From NCBI GenBank assembly GCA_964510165.1, contig CAZEBC010000096.1:1-14904 (forward strand): 14,904 nt of DNA, in the 5' to 3' direction. The DNA comes from an uncultured bacterium. Its GTDB lineage: Bacteria > Abyssobacteria > SURF-5. The notes beneath the pieces were generated by a model. The model searched no databases, was not told the origin of the DNA, and was given only the letters and a program-made list of their open reading frames with translations. This document shows, one piece after another, positions 1 through 8,153 of this stretch (positions within the stretch are counted from its first letter, which is position 1; each line of letters begins with the position of its first letter). Made by a program: the position numbers and the translations under genes.

Positions 1-1368
1 ACCGAGCACTCCAGTCAGGGATTGAACCAAAGAAAGCCCCAACCCGGAATGGTTTTCGTCGGAGGAGCGAGCCTTGTCCTTTCGCCAGAATGGTTCGAAC
101 ATATAGGGCAGGTCGGTTTCAGACAGGTTCTCAACGGAATTCGAGAGGGAGAAGCAGAATTCACCGCCGCGCGCATCCGCCTTCCACTCGACGGTTCCCC
201 GCTCGGCGGCGTAGCTGACGGCATTGGAAAACAGGTTCTGCAGAATGGTCTCGAATAGGTTCTTGTCCGTAAGGATCAGCAGGTTTGCGGGGACATCACA
301 GCGAACTGCAAGTCCTCTGGCAGATGCGTCCTTTTCCCATTTCCTCCAGACGGACTCGACGAGCGCCTGCAACTCGACGGTCTCCTTCTGTGGTTTCAGT
401 TGGCCGGAATGACAGCGTGCAAGCGTAAGCAGGTTCATGACAGTTGCCTGCATCTCCTTGGCGGAAACCAGAATTTCCTCATAATTCCTGCGATCTTGCT
501 CATTCAAATTGTCTTCATATCTCAATGCCACTTCGGCCAGGGCACGCATTTCACTGATGCGAGTGCGCAGCTCATGAGCCACATTGGCAGTGAACCGGCG
601 TTCCCGCTCAAATGATTCCTTGAGTTTGCCGATTATGGCGTTCAGTGTTGTCGCCGCGTTCGCGAATTCCCTGATCTCAGGGACAGTAACGGGCGTCAGA
701 TTCGACGACGATATGGACTTGACCTCTCGTTCGAGCTTGCGAATCGGTTTGAGGCCTTGATGGACCACCATCCAACTGAGAAGAAGCATCACGGCCAATC
801 CTATTCCCAGTACAGGCGCAGTGACCTCGATTGTTTCCTGCAACCGCTTCCACATATACCGTTGACTCAGCCCGACAATGAAAAAACACTCGTCGCCGTT
901 GAGGGATCTTCCTTCCTGCGTCTCCGTGTACGTCTGAGCGGACTCGCGCAACGCGACAAATCGGACTCGCTGGCCATCGATTCTCGCGTTCCAGGAATGA
1001 GCGACGCCGTGAGGAAGTCCGCGCAACGACGTTGGCAGTGAAAGACTCACGTTCCTCATTGATTCCGACCGTCCGATCTCAGCGTTGTCGCTGACTCTGA
1101 GAATCAGGAAGTACACGCTCATGCGGTGGTCGCCGAACTCCCTTATCATGTCGTCGAATGAGTCCAGCCCGATTGTCCGCCCCGGCTCGGACCGCATCAT
1201 TGCGACCAGGTTCAGGGCATAAGCCTGGGCGTTCTTGTCCAGCATTTTCACGAGCGACCTGCGATTCTTCTCAATAAAAATCAGTTCTGTCAATAGGAAC
1301 ACGATGACGGCGCTCGCGAACAGATAAATCAGCAATTGTCTTCTGAGGCTTCGACGTTTCAGGGGCAT
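1..1368 (-). CDS. Membrane sensor histidine kinase (TM-periplasmic-TM-HAMP-HisKA-HATPase), 3' end truncated by window edge
   Basis: Not in the ORF track; translated by hand from ATG 1368 (alternative GTG 1377). MPLKRRSLRRQLLIYLFASAVIVFLLTELIFI (TM1), TM2 VLGIGLAVMLLLSWMVV, H-box RERRFTANVAHELRT, N-box QNLFSNAVSY, F-box MFEPFWRKD, G2 HSGLGLSLV. Lies directly downstream of the response regulator. Confidence 0.93.
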   Translation of the reverse strand, partial: MPLKRRSLRRQLLIYLFASAVIVFLLTELIFIEKNRRSLVKMLDKNAQAYALNLVAMMRSEPGRTIGLDSFDDMIREFGDHRMSVYFLILRVSDNAEIGRSESMRNVSLSLPTSLRGLPHGVAHSWNARIDGQRVRFVALRESAQTYTETQEGRSLNGDECFFIVGLSQRYMWKRLQETIEVTAPVLGIGLAVMLLLSWMVVHQGLKPIRKLEREVKSISSSNLTPVTVPEIREFANAATTLNAIIGKLKESFERERRFTANVAHELRTRISEMRALAEVALRYEDNLNEQDRRNYEEILVSAKEMQATVMNLLTLARCHSGQLKPQKETVELQALVESVWRKWEKDASARGLAVRCDVPANLLILTDKNLFETILQNLFSNAVSYAAERGTVEWKADARGGEFCFSLSNSVENLSETDLPYMFEPFWRKDKARSSDENHSGLGLSLVQSLTGVLG

Positions 1369-1381
1369 TTGAATCACACTG

Positions 1382-2047
1382 CTATTCGATAATGTATCCA
1401 GCTTTGGGGCGCGTCTTGATCAACGACAGTTCTCCGACTTCCCAAAGCCTTTTTCTCAGGGACGACACGGCGGCGTCGACTACGTTGCTCATCGGCTCTC
1501 TACGTTCATCGTAGATATGTTCTTCAATCTCCGCGCGGCTTACTACCGTGCCGCGCCGCAAGGCAAGGTACTCAAGGAGGTTATACTCGCGCGGCGGCAA
1601 TTCGACGACCATGCCGCTATGACTGACCGTCCGTGTGGCGGTGTCAATCTGAAGTTCGCCAATGCAAATAATGTCCTGCTTTGCGCCATATCGGCGGCGG
1701 ATGAGCGCCCTGATCCGAGCGAGAAGTTCCTCAAAGGCGAACGGCTTCACCAGATAGTCGTCCGCGCCCGTCTCCAGCCCCTTCACTCTGTCCTCGACAG
1801 TATCCTTTGCTGAGAGAATCAGGACGCTGGCAGGCCTGCGCTCCTGGCGAAGCTGCCGCAATATGGAGAGGCCATCCAGTCCGGGCAACATCAAATCGAG
1901 AATGACGACATCATAGTCAAAAGATTCCGCAAACCAGAGGCCCTCATTGCCGTCGCTGGTCGCATCGACTTTAAAGCCCTCTCTCCTCAACCCTATGGAG
2001 ATGGACCTCTGGAGCCGCTTGGAATCTTCCACCAGCAAGACCCGCAT
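1382..2047 (-). CDS. OmpR/PhoB-family response regulator
   Basis: Receiver motifs LLVED, DLMLPGLDG and DDYLVKPF; winged-helix C-terminus REYNLLEYL...SNVVDAAVSSLRKRL. Confidence 0.96.
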   Translation of the reverse strand: MRVLLVEDSKRLQRSISIGLRREGFKVDATSDGNEGLWFAESFDYDVVILDLMLPGLDGLSILRQLRQERRPASVLILSAKDTVEDRVKGLETGADDYLVKPFAFEELLARIRALIRRRYGAKQDIICIGELQIDTATRTVSHSGMVVELPPREYNLLEYLALRRGTVVSRAEIEEHIYDERREPMSNVVDAAVSSLRKRLWEVGELSLIKTRPKAGYIIE

Positions 2048-2131
2048 AGCGTCGTTCCTTGCGAATATTCTTCCGAAAACTGATCGAAAAGCCTCTTAAA
2101 TCCTGGTTCGCATCTGTCGGCGTCCCAGTAC

Positions 2132-2160
2132 ATGATATCCGTCGAGGGGATTCCGGTCAA
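2132..2160 (-). promoter_or_regulatory. Putative sigma70 promoter for the two-component pair
   Basis: TTGACC (2160-2155), 17-nt spacer, TATCAT (2137-2132), in the 130-bp gap upstream of the regulator. Confidence 0.6.
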
Positions 2161-2177
2161 TGGCATTCGTTTGGGTT

Positions 2178-3005
2178 TCAGTCTTGAGCGGGCAGGCGGA
2201 GCTTGTGTACTTTGATGTATTCCAGAGTAGTGGGGAGTTTTTCGGGCGTCATTTCGAGTGTCAAGAGGGCATTGATCTTGTGCTCGTGCAGTAAGCGGTA
2301 AGTCCTCAAGAAATCGATGTTCCCTTCTCCGAATGCGAGGTGCAGGTCGTTGCGGGCATCGTTGTCGTTGATATGGATTTTCACGATGTAGCGGGCAAGG
2401 ACATCGAGCCATTCTTCGAGTGGGACGACCGAGTAGACGTTGACGTGTCCGACATCAAGACATATGCGCATAATGGGTGAATCCACGGTTTCGATCACTT
2501 TCCGCAAGAAATAGGGCGCGTTCAAAAACATGTTTTCGATTGCGATAGTGATTCCCAAACGGCGCGCATGACTGACCACCGGCTTCCAGGTCTTTATGCT
2601 TTTCTTGAGCCAGATATCGCGGTAATCCTGGGGGATGAGCGGATTGAGACCGAGATGAAACACGACAATGCGGGCTTTCAGGAGGGCGCTGATATTAAGC
2701 GCGCGAATGAAGTTGAACTTGGTGTAGTCACGGATAACGGTGTCCAGACTCCCGGGATTGAGGTCAAAGAGCGGGCCGTGGACGCTGACGCCGATGCCTT
2801 CGCGCTCCAAACGCTCGCCCATGGCGCTCACCTCATCATGCGGGACCCTGCGTATCCAGGCGGTGTCGTACATCATCACCTCGACATCGAGGTCGTTCCG
2901 CACGAGGAACTCGATATTGTCATTGAGCGCCTCGAATGGAATGGTGATTGCGTACCGCGAATTCAGAACTCTCCGGTCACCAATTGTCTTTCGGCCTGAA
3001 GGCAT
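2178..3005 (-). CDS. Xylose isomerase-like / AP endonuclease family 2 TIM-barrel metalloprotein
   Basis: Motifs SVHGPLFDLNPGS, VFHLG, IAIENMF, CLDVGH, IHINDND...DLHLAFGEGNIDF, LEM. The track ORF begins at 3038; ATG 3005 is preferred because GAGGT lies 8 nt upstream. Start uncertain. Confidence 0.85.
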   Translation of the reverse strand: MPSGRKTIGDRRVLNSRYAITIPFEALNDNIEFLVRNDLDVEVMMYDTAWIRRVPHDEVSAMGERLEREGIGVSVHGPLFDLNPGSLDTVIRDYTKFNFIRALNISALLKARIVVFHLGLNPLIPQDYRDIWLKKSIKTWKPVVSHARRLGITIAIENMFLNAPYFLRKVIETVDSPIMRICLDVGHVNVYSVVPLEEWLDVLARYIVKIHINDNDARNDLHLAFGEGNIDFLRTYRLLHEHKINALLTLEMTPEKLPTTLEYIKVHKLRLPAQD

Positions 3006-3426
3006 TTCGTATGACCTCGATGTGAGGGTGTTTGTCATGCTCCATCACGACCGCCACCACGTCAAAGCGGCAATCGGAATCAGTGAGCCGGTTCCTTTGC
3101 AGATACCATTTCGCGGCCTTCGAGAGGCGCTTCTGTTTGCGCTCGATGACGGTCTCCTGCGGAAGCCCGTAGTCGGTCGAGGCGCGCGTCCTCACCTCCA
3201 CAAACACAAGGCAATCTCCCTCTTGGGCGACGATGTCGATCTCGCCGACCGGCGTGCGAAAGTTCCGGTCCAGAATTCTGTAACGCGCCTTCTTCAACGC
3301 GCGAACCGCATGCTCCTCACCCGTGGCGCCGCGCTCGAGGGTGGTTGCGTCATCCGTCTTGCCCGGAACAAGGGATCTGGTTACCCGTTCCATCAGCCCT
3401 CTCGCCAAATCCGCCCATGTGTTCAC
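2977..3426 (-). CDS. yraN: YraN family (UPF0102) PD-(D/E)XK-like protein
   Basis: GATGEEHA, YRILDRNFRTPVGEIDIVA, LVFVEVRTR, CRFDVVAV, IEVIRNAF; GTG start preceded by a G-rich RBS. Confidence 0.93.
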   Translation of the reverse strand: MNTWADLARGLMERVTRSLVPGKTDDATTLERGATGEEHAVRALKKARYRILDRNFRTPVGEIDIVAQEGDCLVFVEVRTRASTDYGLPQETVIERKQKRLSKAAKWYLQRNRLTDSDCRFDVVAVVMEHDKHPHIEVIRNAFRPKDNW

Positions 3427-3440
3427 CTTGGATGCCCCCC

Positions 3441-4154
3441 TTATTGCTTGGGCAGGAGAAAGATGCGGATTTCGCCGAACAGCTTGTTTTGTCTGGCTGC
3501 CAGTTCCTTCTGCCGTATGAGTTCAAGCAGCGCGAGGAATGTTGAGATCAGCGCCGCCTTCGTCTTGGGTCTCCCCTCGAATATCTCATCCAGAAGCATA
3601 TTATTCTTGTTTCGCAACAGCGTCCTGATCTCCGCCATCTTCTCTTCGATGCTCACCTCTTCAAGGGTGATTTCCCGGAACGATTCCTCCGTCGCGTATT
3701 CCAGCACCCGCTTGAACGCCTGGAGCAGCTCGAAGAGCGAGACCTCGATCAGCGGCTCGCCCGTCTCGGCATCGACCTCCTCCTTGAGTCCCCGCTGAAA
3801 ATGTTCGCCCTCCCTGTTGGCCCTTTCCTCAAGTCTTCCGGCGAGTTCCTTGTATTTCTTGTACTCGAGAATCTGTTCGATCAGTTCGAATCGCGGGTCT
3901 TCCTCGGCTTCCTCGTCGGCAGGCTGAGTGGGAAGCAGCATGCGCGATTTTATCTCCATGAGAGTGGCGGCCATGACGAGGAACTCGCTCGCGATCTCGA
4001 GGTCCAGGTCCTTCATCATCTCCAGGTACTCGACGTATTGATCGGTAATCGTTGAGATCGGGATGTCGTAGATGTCGACCTCGTTCACCTTGATGAGATG
4101 AAGAAGCAGGTCGAGCGGCCCCTCGAAATTGCTGAGTCTGAGCTTGTACGTCAT
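3441..4154 (-). CDS. scpA: Segregation and condensation protein A (SMC kleisin)
   Basis: FEGPLDLLLHLI, IYDIPI, EFLVMAATLMEIKSRMLLP, TFLALLEL, Q..FGEI; ATGA overlap with trpS. Confidence 0.96.
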   Translation of the reverse strand: MTYKLRLSNFEGPLDLLLHLIKVNEVDIYDIPISTITDQYVEYLEMMKDLDLEIASEFLVMAATLMEIKSRMLLPTQPADEEAEEDPRFELIEQILEYKKYKELAGRLEERANREGEHFQRGLKEEVDAETGEPLIEVSLFELLQAFKRVLEYATEESFREITLEEVSIEEKMAEIRTLLRNKNNMLLDEIFEGRPKTKAALISTFLALLELIRQKELAARQNKLFGEIRIFLLPKQ

Positions 4155-5143
4155 ATCCGCATCGCCTTTCGAACGTCCTTCATGGTCCCCGACGCCATGG
4201 CCCGCGCCTTTGCTGCGCCCTCGGCAAGCATCTTCTTGACACGATCGGGGTCCGAGGCGATTTCCGCCCGCGCGGCCCGGAGAGGACGCAATCTCTCGTT
4301 CAGGAATTCAACGAGCGCTTCCTTGTCCTCGACGCATCCGATCTCGGCGGTGCGGCATTCCCGGTCGACTCGATCAACCCATTCCTTCGCCCCATATATC
4401 TTCTGAAGGTCAAACACCGGGCAGATATCGGGATTGCCCGGGTCGGTCCTGCGCTTGCGGGCGGGGTCGGTGAGCATCTTCATGAGCTTCTGCCGCGTCT
4501 CGTCCTCGGATTCGGAAAGGAGAATCGCGTTGCCGTATCGCTTGCTCATTTTCCTGCCGTCGGTGCCGCGGATGAGCGGAGTCTCGGTGAGCAGCGACTG
4601 AGGCTCAGGAAACACCTCGCTGTAGAGATGGTTGAACCGCCTCGCCAGTTCGCGCGCGAATTCCAGGTGGGGGAGCTGGTCCTGGCCGACCGGAACGGCG
4701 TCGGCCTTGTAGACGAGAATGTCGGCCGCCTGAAGCAGTGGATACCCAAGGAATCCGTGGGTGGCGATCATTCGGCCTGTATCCTTGTATTCCTCGAGGG
4801 CTTCTTTGTATGTGGGCACACGCTCGAGCCAGCCGAGCGGCGTGACCATGGAGAAGAGGAGATACAGTTCGGCGTGTTCCTTCACGTGCGACTGGACGAA
4901 GATAACGCTCTTCTCGGGTTCGATCCCTGCCGCCAGCCAATCATAGACCATCTCCATCGTGTTCGATTCGATGGTCTCGGAGAATTCGTACTCAGTGGTA
5001 AGCGCATGCCAGTCGGCAACCATGTAGTATGTTTGATGTCCTTCCTCCTGGAGACGTCTCCAGTTGCTGAGTGCTCCCAGCAGGTGACCGATATGAAGTT
5101 TTCCGCTCGGCCGCATCCCGCTCAATATCCGCATTTTTCTCAT
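4151..5143 (-). CDS. trpS: Tryptophanyl-tRNA synthetase
   Basis: SGMRPSGKLHIGH, ADWHALT, YPLLQAADIL, VPVGQDQLPHLE, KMSKR. Confidence 0.98.
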   Translation of the reverse strand: MRKMRILSGMRPSGKLHIGHLLGALSNWRRLQEEGHQTYYMVADWHALTTEYEFSETIESNTMEMVYDWLAAGIEPEKSVIFVQSHVKEHAELYLLFSMVTPLGWLERVPTYKEALEEYKDTGRMIATHGFLGYPLLQAADILVYKADAVPVGQDQLPHLEFARELARRFNHLYSEVFPEPQSLLTETPLIRGTDGRKMSKRYGNAILLSESEDETRQKLMKMLTDPARKRRTDPGNPDICPVFDLQKIYGAKEWVDRVDRECRTAEIGCVEDKEALVEFLNERLRPLRAARAEIASDPDRVKKMLAEGAAKARAMASGTMKDVRKAMRI

Positions 5144-5185
5144 CTGGTTCTCCGTATCGAGACTGTCGTGATTCGGTTTTCGGTC

Positions 5186-5237
5186 GTAGCGGCGCCCCTA
5201 TGTGGGCGCCCGGGCGGCCACGCAGGGCCGCCCCTAC
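5186..5237. repeat. Inverted doublet of GTAG-type REP palindromes (REPIN-like)
   Basis: GTAGCGGCGCCCCTATGTGGGCGCCC (5186-5211) abuts the reverse complement of GTAGGGGCGGCCCTGCGTGGCCGCCC (5212-5237). Both are 26 nt: GTAG followed by a GC hairpin. Confidence 0.75.
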
Positions 5238-5242
5238 ACTGC

Positions 5243-6622
5243 CTATCCGACTTCGTTGTAATGGCGCGTCCTGAAGGCGACTCCCAACTCCTCGCGCGCC
5301 AATGTGCGGCAGGCCTCGAGCTCCTCCGGGTCAATGTCGAGCGCGGTGACCGTGACCTCGGGAATGTATTTCTTGCATTCCTTTATGAATTCGATTATCG
5401 CCGAAAAGGTTTCGGGGCCGAACCTGGGCCTGCAAAGGTCGTAGTACTTTTCCGCGTCTGAACTATTCAGGCTGACCGAGATGGAATCGATAAGCCCTTT
5501 CAATTCGGGGACGATGTTGCGGCCATGGATCAGGTTGGCCTGGCCGTTCGTATTGACGCGCACTTTCTGGCCTTGCTCCTTGAGGCGTCGGGCCACCTGT
5601 TTCATCACATCCAGCCGCAGAAACGGCTCGCCGAGCCCGCAAAAGACCACTTCTCCATATGGGCGGCGCCTCTGCTCGGCAGCGAGCGCATGAATGATTT
5701 CCTCGGCGGTCGGGTCGCGTCGAAGCGAGAGGTTGTGCCCCTTAACGGTCGGCCCTTTGAATCGGGTGCAGAACGTGCATTCGTTCGTACATGCGCCCGT
5801 GACATTAATGTACAGCGAGTCGCGTATTGGATACACGACCACGTCTCCGTTTTGGCTCATCGGTAATCCGAAAAGCTGTCCGGCGTTGAGAGTGGTAATC
5901 CGGTCCACATCCTCGACGCTAAGCCCTTTGAGGCGCGCGAGTTCTTCGGCCACAAAACGAACATAAGCAGGCTCGTTGCGGCGACCCCGTTTCGGCTGTG
6001 GAGTTAGGTACGGCGCATCGGTCTCCACGACAATCCTTTCGATTGGGACCTGTGAGAGCGCATCCCGAAGCGGCTGCGCATTCGGATATGTCACCGGTCC
6101 CGCAACCGAAATGTAGAATCCCCATTCGAGGGCCTGGCGGGCCAACTCATCGTCACCCGAGAAACAGTGCAATACGCCGCCGACAAGTCTCTGCGCCCGT
6201 CCGGATAACGTCTCGGAGACGGGGCCGTGAGCATCGCGGTCGTGCACGATAATCGGAAGGCGCAGTTCCTCGGCCAGCGCCAGTTGGGCCTCAAACGCCT
6301 CGCGCTGCTTCGGCCGCGGCGACAGATTCCGATAAAAATCAAGGCCGGTCTCGCCTATCGCGACCACTTTGGGATGCTGTGCAAGCCGCCTGAGTTCCTC
6401 GATGGCGGCGCCGTCGAGCGTCGCCGCATCATGTGGATGCACGCCCACGCTGGCCAGGAAACGACCGCTTTGCTCGGCCATCGCGATGGCCCGCTGGCTT
6501 GACTCGATATCGAACCCGATTATGACGACGTGCTCGATTGATGCCTGCTCGCAGTTCTCGAGCACGCTCGGCCAATCTTCGGCGAAGTCGGGCATTTGCA
6601 GATGTGCATGCGTATCAATCAT
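5243..6622 (-). CDS. tatD: TatD-family nuclease fused to a C-terminal radical SAM domain (TatD-linked rSAM family)
   Basis: True start is ATG 6622 (MIDTHAH, ATGA overlap with the metG stop), not 6745. TatD metal ligands DTHAH, GETGLD, IVHDR, LHCF, ETDAP; then SLYINVTGACTNECTFC (CxxxCxxC), FCGLGEPFL, VNTNG. Confidence 0.94.
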   Translation of the reverse strand: MIDTHAHLQMPDFAEDWPSVLENCEQASIEHVVIIGFDIESSQRAIAMAEQSGRFLASVGVHPHDAATLDGAAIEELRRLAQHPKVVAIGETGLDFYRNLSPRPKQREAFEAQLALAEELRLPIIVHDRDAHGPVSETLSGRAQRLVGGVLHCFSGDDELARQALEWGFYISVAGPVTYPNAQPLRDALSQVPIERIVVETDAPYLTPQPKRGRRNEPAYVRFVAEELARLKGLSVEDVDRITTLNAGQLFGLPMSQNGDVVVYPIRDSLYINVTGACTNECTFCTRFKGPTVKGHNLSLRRDPTAEEIIHALAAEQRRRPYGEVVFCGLGEPFLRLDVMKQVARRLKEQGQKVRVNTNGQANLIHGRNIVPELKGLIDSISVSLNSSDAEKYYDLCRPRFGPETFSAIIEFIKECKKYIPEVTVTALDIDPEELEACRTLAREELGVAFRTRHYNEVG

Positions 6623-8151
6623 GTCTTCACTTTCGGGAACAGAGATCCGCCCGGCCTGGTCACGGCGCCCTCCCGCATCACAGCCCATTGACCGGCCTGC
6701 TCGAAAGTAACGTTCTCGAACGTGTCGAGTCCGAGCTGCGACCACATCTTCCGGGCGGCCTCAGGCATGAACGGCGCAATCAGGATCGTGATGATGCGCA
6801 GCGATTCGAGTAGATTGTAAAGCACCGTATCCAGCCGAGCCTTCTTCTCCGGCTGTTTCGCCAATTCCCAGGGGGCATTCTCCTCGACATACTTGTTGCA
6901 CCTTCGGACGAACGCCCATATCTCATCGAGCGCCGCGCTGAACTGGAGCCTTTCCATCTGCTCCTTCGCTCTGGACGGAAGTCCGGCGGCCATCCTGCGG
7001 AGTTCATCGTCAATCGAGGCCGGCCGCGAGGCCTTAGGCACAATGCTGTCGTTGTACCGTTTGAGCATGCCAAGCGTCCGGCTGAGTAGATTGCCAAGAT
7101 CGTTCGCAAGCTCGTTGTTTATGCGCGTGATCATGGCTGCCATGGAGAAATCGGCATCCTTTCCGAACACGCCCTCTCGCAGAAGAAAATAGCGGACCGT
7201 ATCGGCGCCGTAGTTCTCGACGAGCGCGATCGGGTCCACCACGTTCCCCAGCGATTTCGACATCTTCTTACCCTCGACCGTCCACCAGCCATGCCCGAAC
7301 ACTTGTCTGGGCAGCGGCAGTCCGGCGCCCATGAGCATCGCAGGCCATATGACCGTGTGGAACCACAGGATTTCCTTGCCGATGAGATGCAGCTCGGCCG
7401 GCCAGATGGAGCGGAAAAGGTCCTCGTCGCTGCCATACCCACACGCCGTCATATAGCTGAGCAGCGCGTCAAACCAGACGTAGATGACATGCTCCTCGTC
7501 GCCGGGAACGGGCACTCCCCATTTGACGGTCGTCCGGCTGATGCTCAGGTCGTTGATGCCCTGCTGGATTCGGCTTAGCACCTCGTTGCGCCTGGTCTCC
7601 GGCTCGATGAACTCGGGATGCGCCTTTATATGCGCCAGCAGTTTTTCCTGAAACGCGGACAACTTGAAGAAGTAGCTCTTCTCCTTGACGCGCTCGACCG
7701 GCCTTCCGCAATCCGGGCATTTGCCGTCCACAAGCTGAATCTCGGTCCAGAACGACTCGTCCGGGATGCAGTACCATCCCTCATAATCGCCAAGATAAAT
7801 ATAGCCGTTATCTCTCAGGATTTCGAAGAACTTCTTGACTCCAGCCTCGTGTCGCTCATCGGTGGTGCGGAGCAAAACGTCATAGCCAATATTGAGTCTT
7901 CTCCATGCTTCCCTGAAACGCTCGACGACGAGGTCGGCCCATTCCTTCGGGCTCTTGCCTCGTTCCTGGGACGATTGTGCGATCTTGTTGCCGTGTTCAT
8001 CGGTTCCTGTGACGAAGAACACGCGATAGCCGTCCATTTTCTTGAAGCGGGCACACACGTCTGCCGCTATGGTGCAATACGCGTGTCCGATGTGCGGCAC
8101 ATCATTCACATAGTATATCGGGGTGGTGAGATAGAATTTCTTTTCAGCCAT
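6619..8151 (-). CDS. metG: Methionyl-tRNA synthetase, short form without the C-terminal tRNA-binding/dimerisation domain
   Basis: TTPIYYVNDVPHIGH, GTDEHG, knuckle CIPDE...CPDC, YVWFDAL, KMSKS; ends at LFPKVKT. Confidence 0.98.
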   Translation of the reverse strand: MAEKKFYLTTPIYYVNDVPHIGHAYCTIAADVCARFKKMDGYRVFFVTGTDEHGNKIAQSSQERGKSPKEWADLVVERFREAWRRLNIGYDVLLRTTDERHEAGVKKFFEILRDNGYIYLGDYEGWYCIPDESFWTEIQLVDGKCPDCGRPVERVKEKSYFFKLSAFQEKLLAHIKAHPEFIEPETRRNEVLSRIQQGINDLSISRTTVKWGVPVPGDEEHVIYVWFDALLSYMTACGYGSDEDLFRSIWPAELHLIGKEILWFHTVIWPAMLMGAGLPLPRQVFGHGWWTVEGKKMSKSLGNVVDPIALVENYGADTVRYFLLREGVFGKDADFSMAAMITRINNELANDLGNLLSRTLGMLKRYNDSIVPKASRPASIDDELRRMAAGLPSRAKEQMERLQFSAALDEIWAFVRRCNKYVEENAPWELAKQPEKKARLDTVLYNLLESLRIITILIAPFMPEAARKMWSQLGLDTFENVTFEQAGQWAVMREGAVTRPGGSLFPKVKT

Positions 8152-8153
8152 TC

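Noticed and set aside
1993..2412. 139-aa ORF bridging the TIM barrel gene and the response regulator
   Set aside because: It overlaps both genes in another frame and crosses the predicted promoter; no motifs.
2740..3798. 352-aa plus-strand ORF, and similar long antisense ORFs (4628-5461, 7618-8268, 9361-10170, 10987-11709, 11045-12076, 12889-13521)
   Set aside because: Shadow frames opposite well-conserved genes in high-GC DNA; no recognisable motifs.
5144..5242. T-box riboswitch upstream of trpS
   Set aside because: Only 99 nt, mostly occupied by the REP doublet; no T-box consensus or terminator.
6623..6745. 41-aa N-terminal extension of TatD in the ORF track
   Set aside because: It lies inside metG; the family N-terminus MIDTHAH begins at 6622 with an ATGA overlap.
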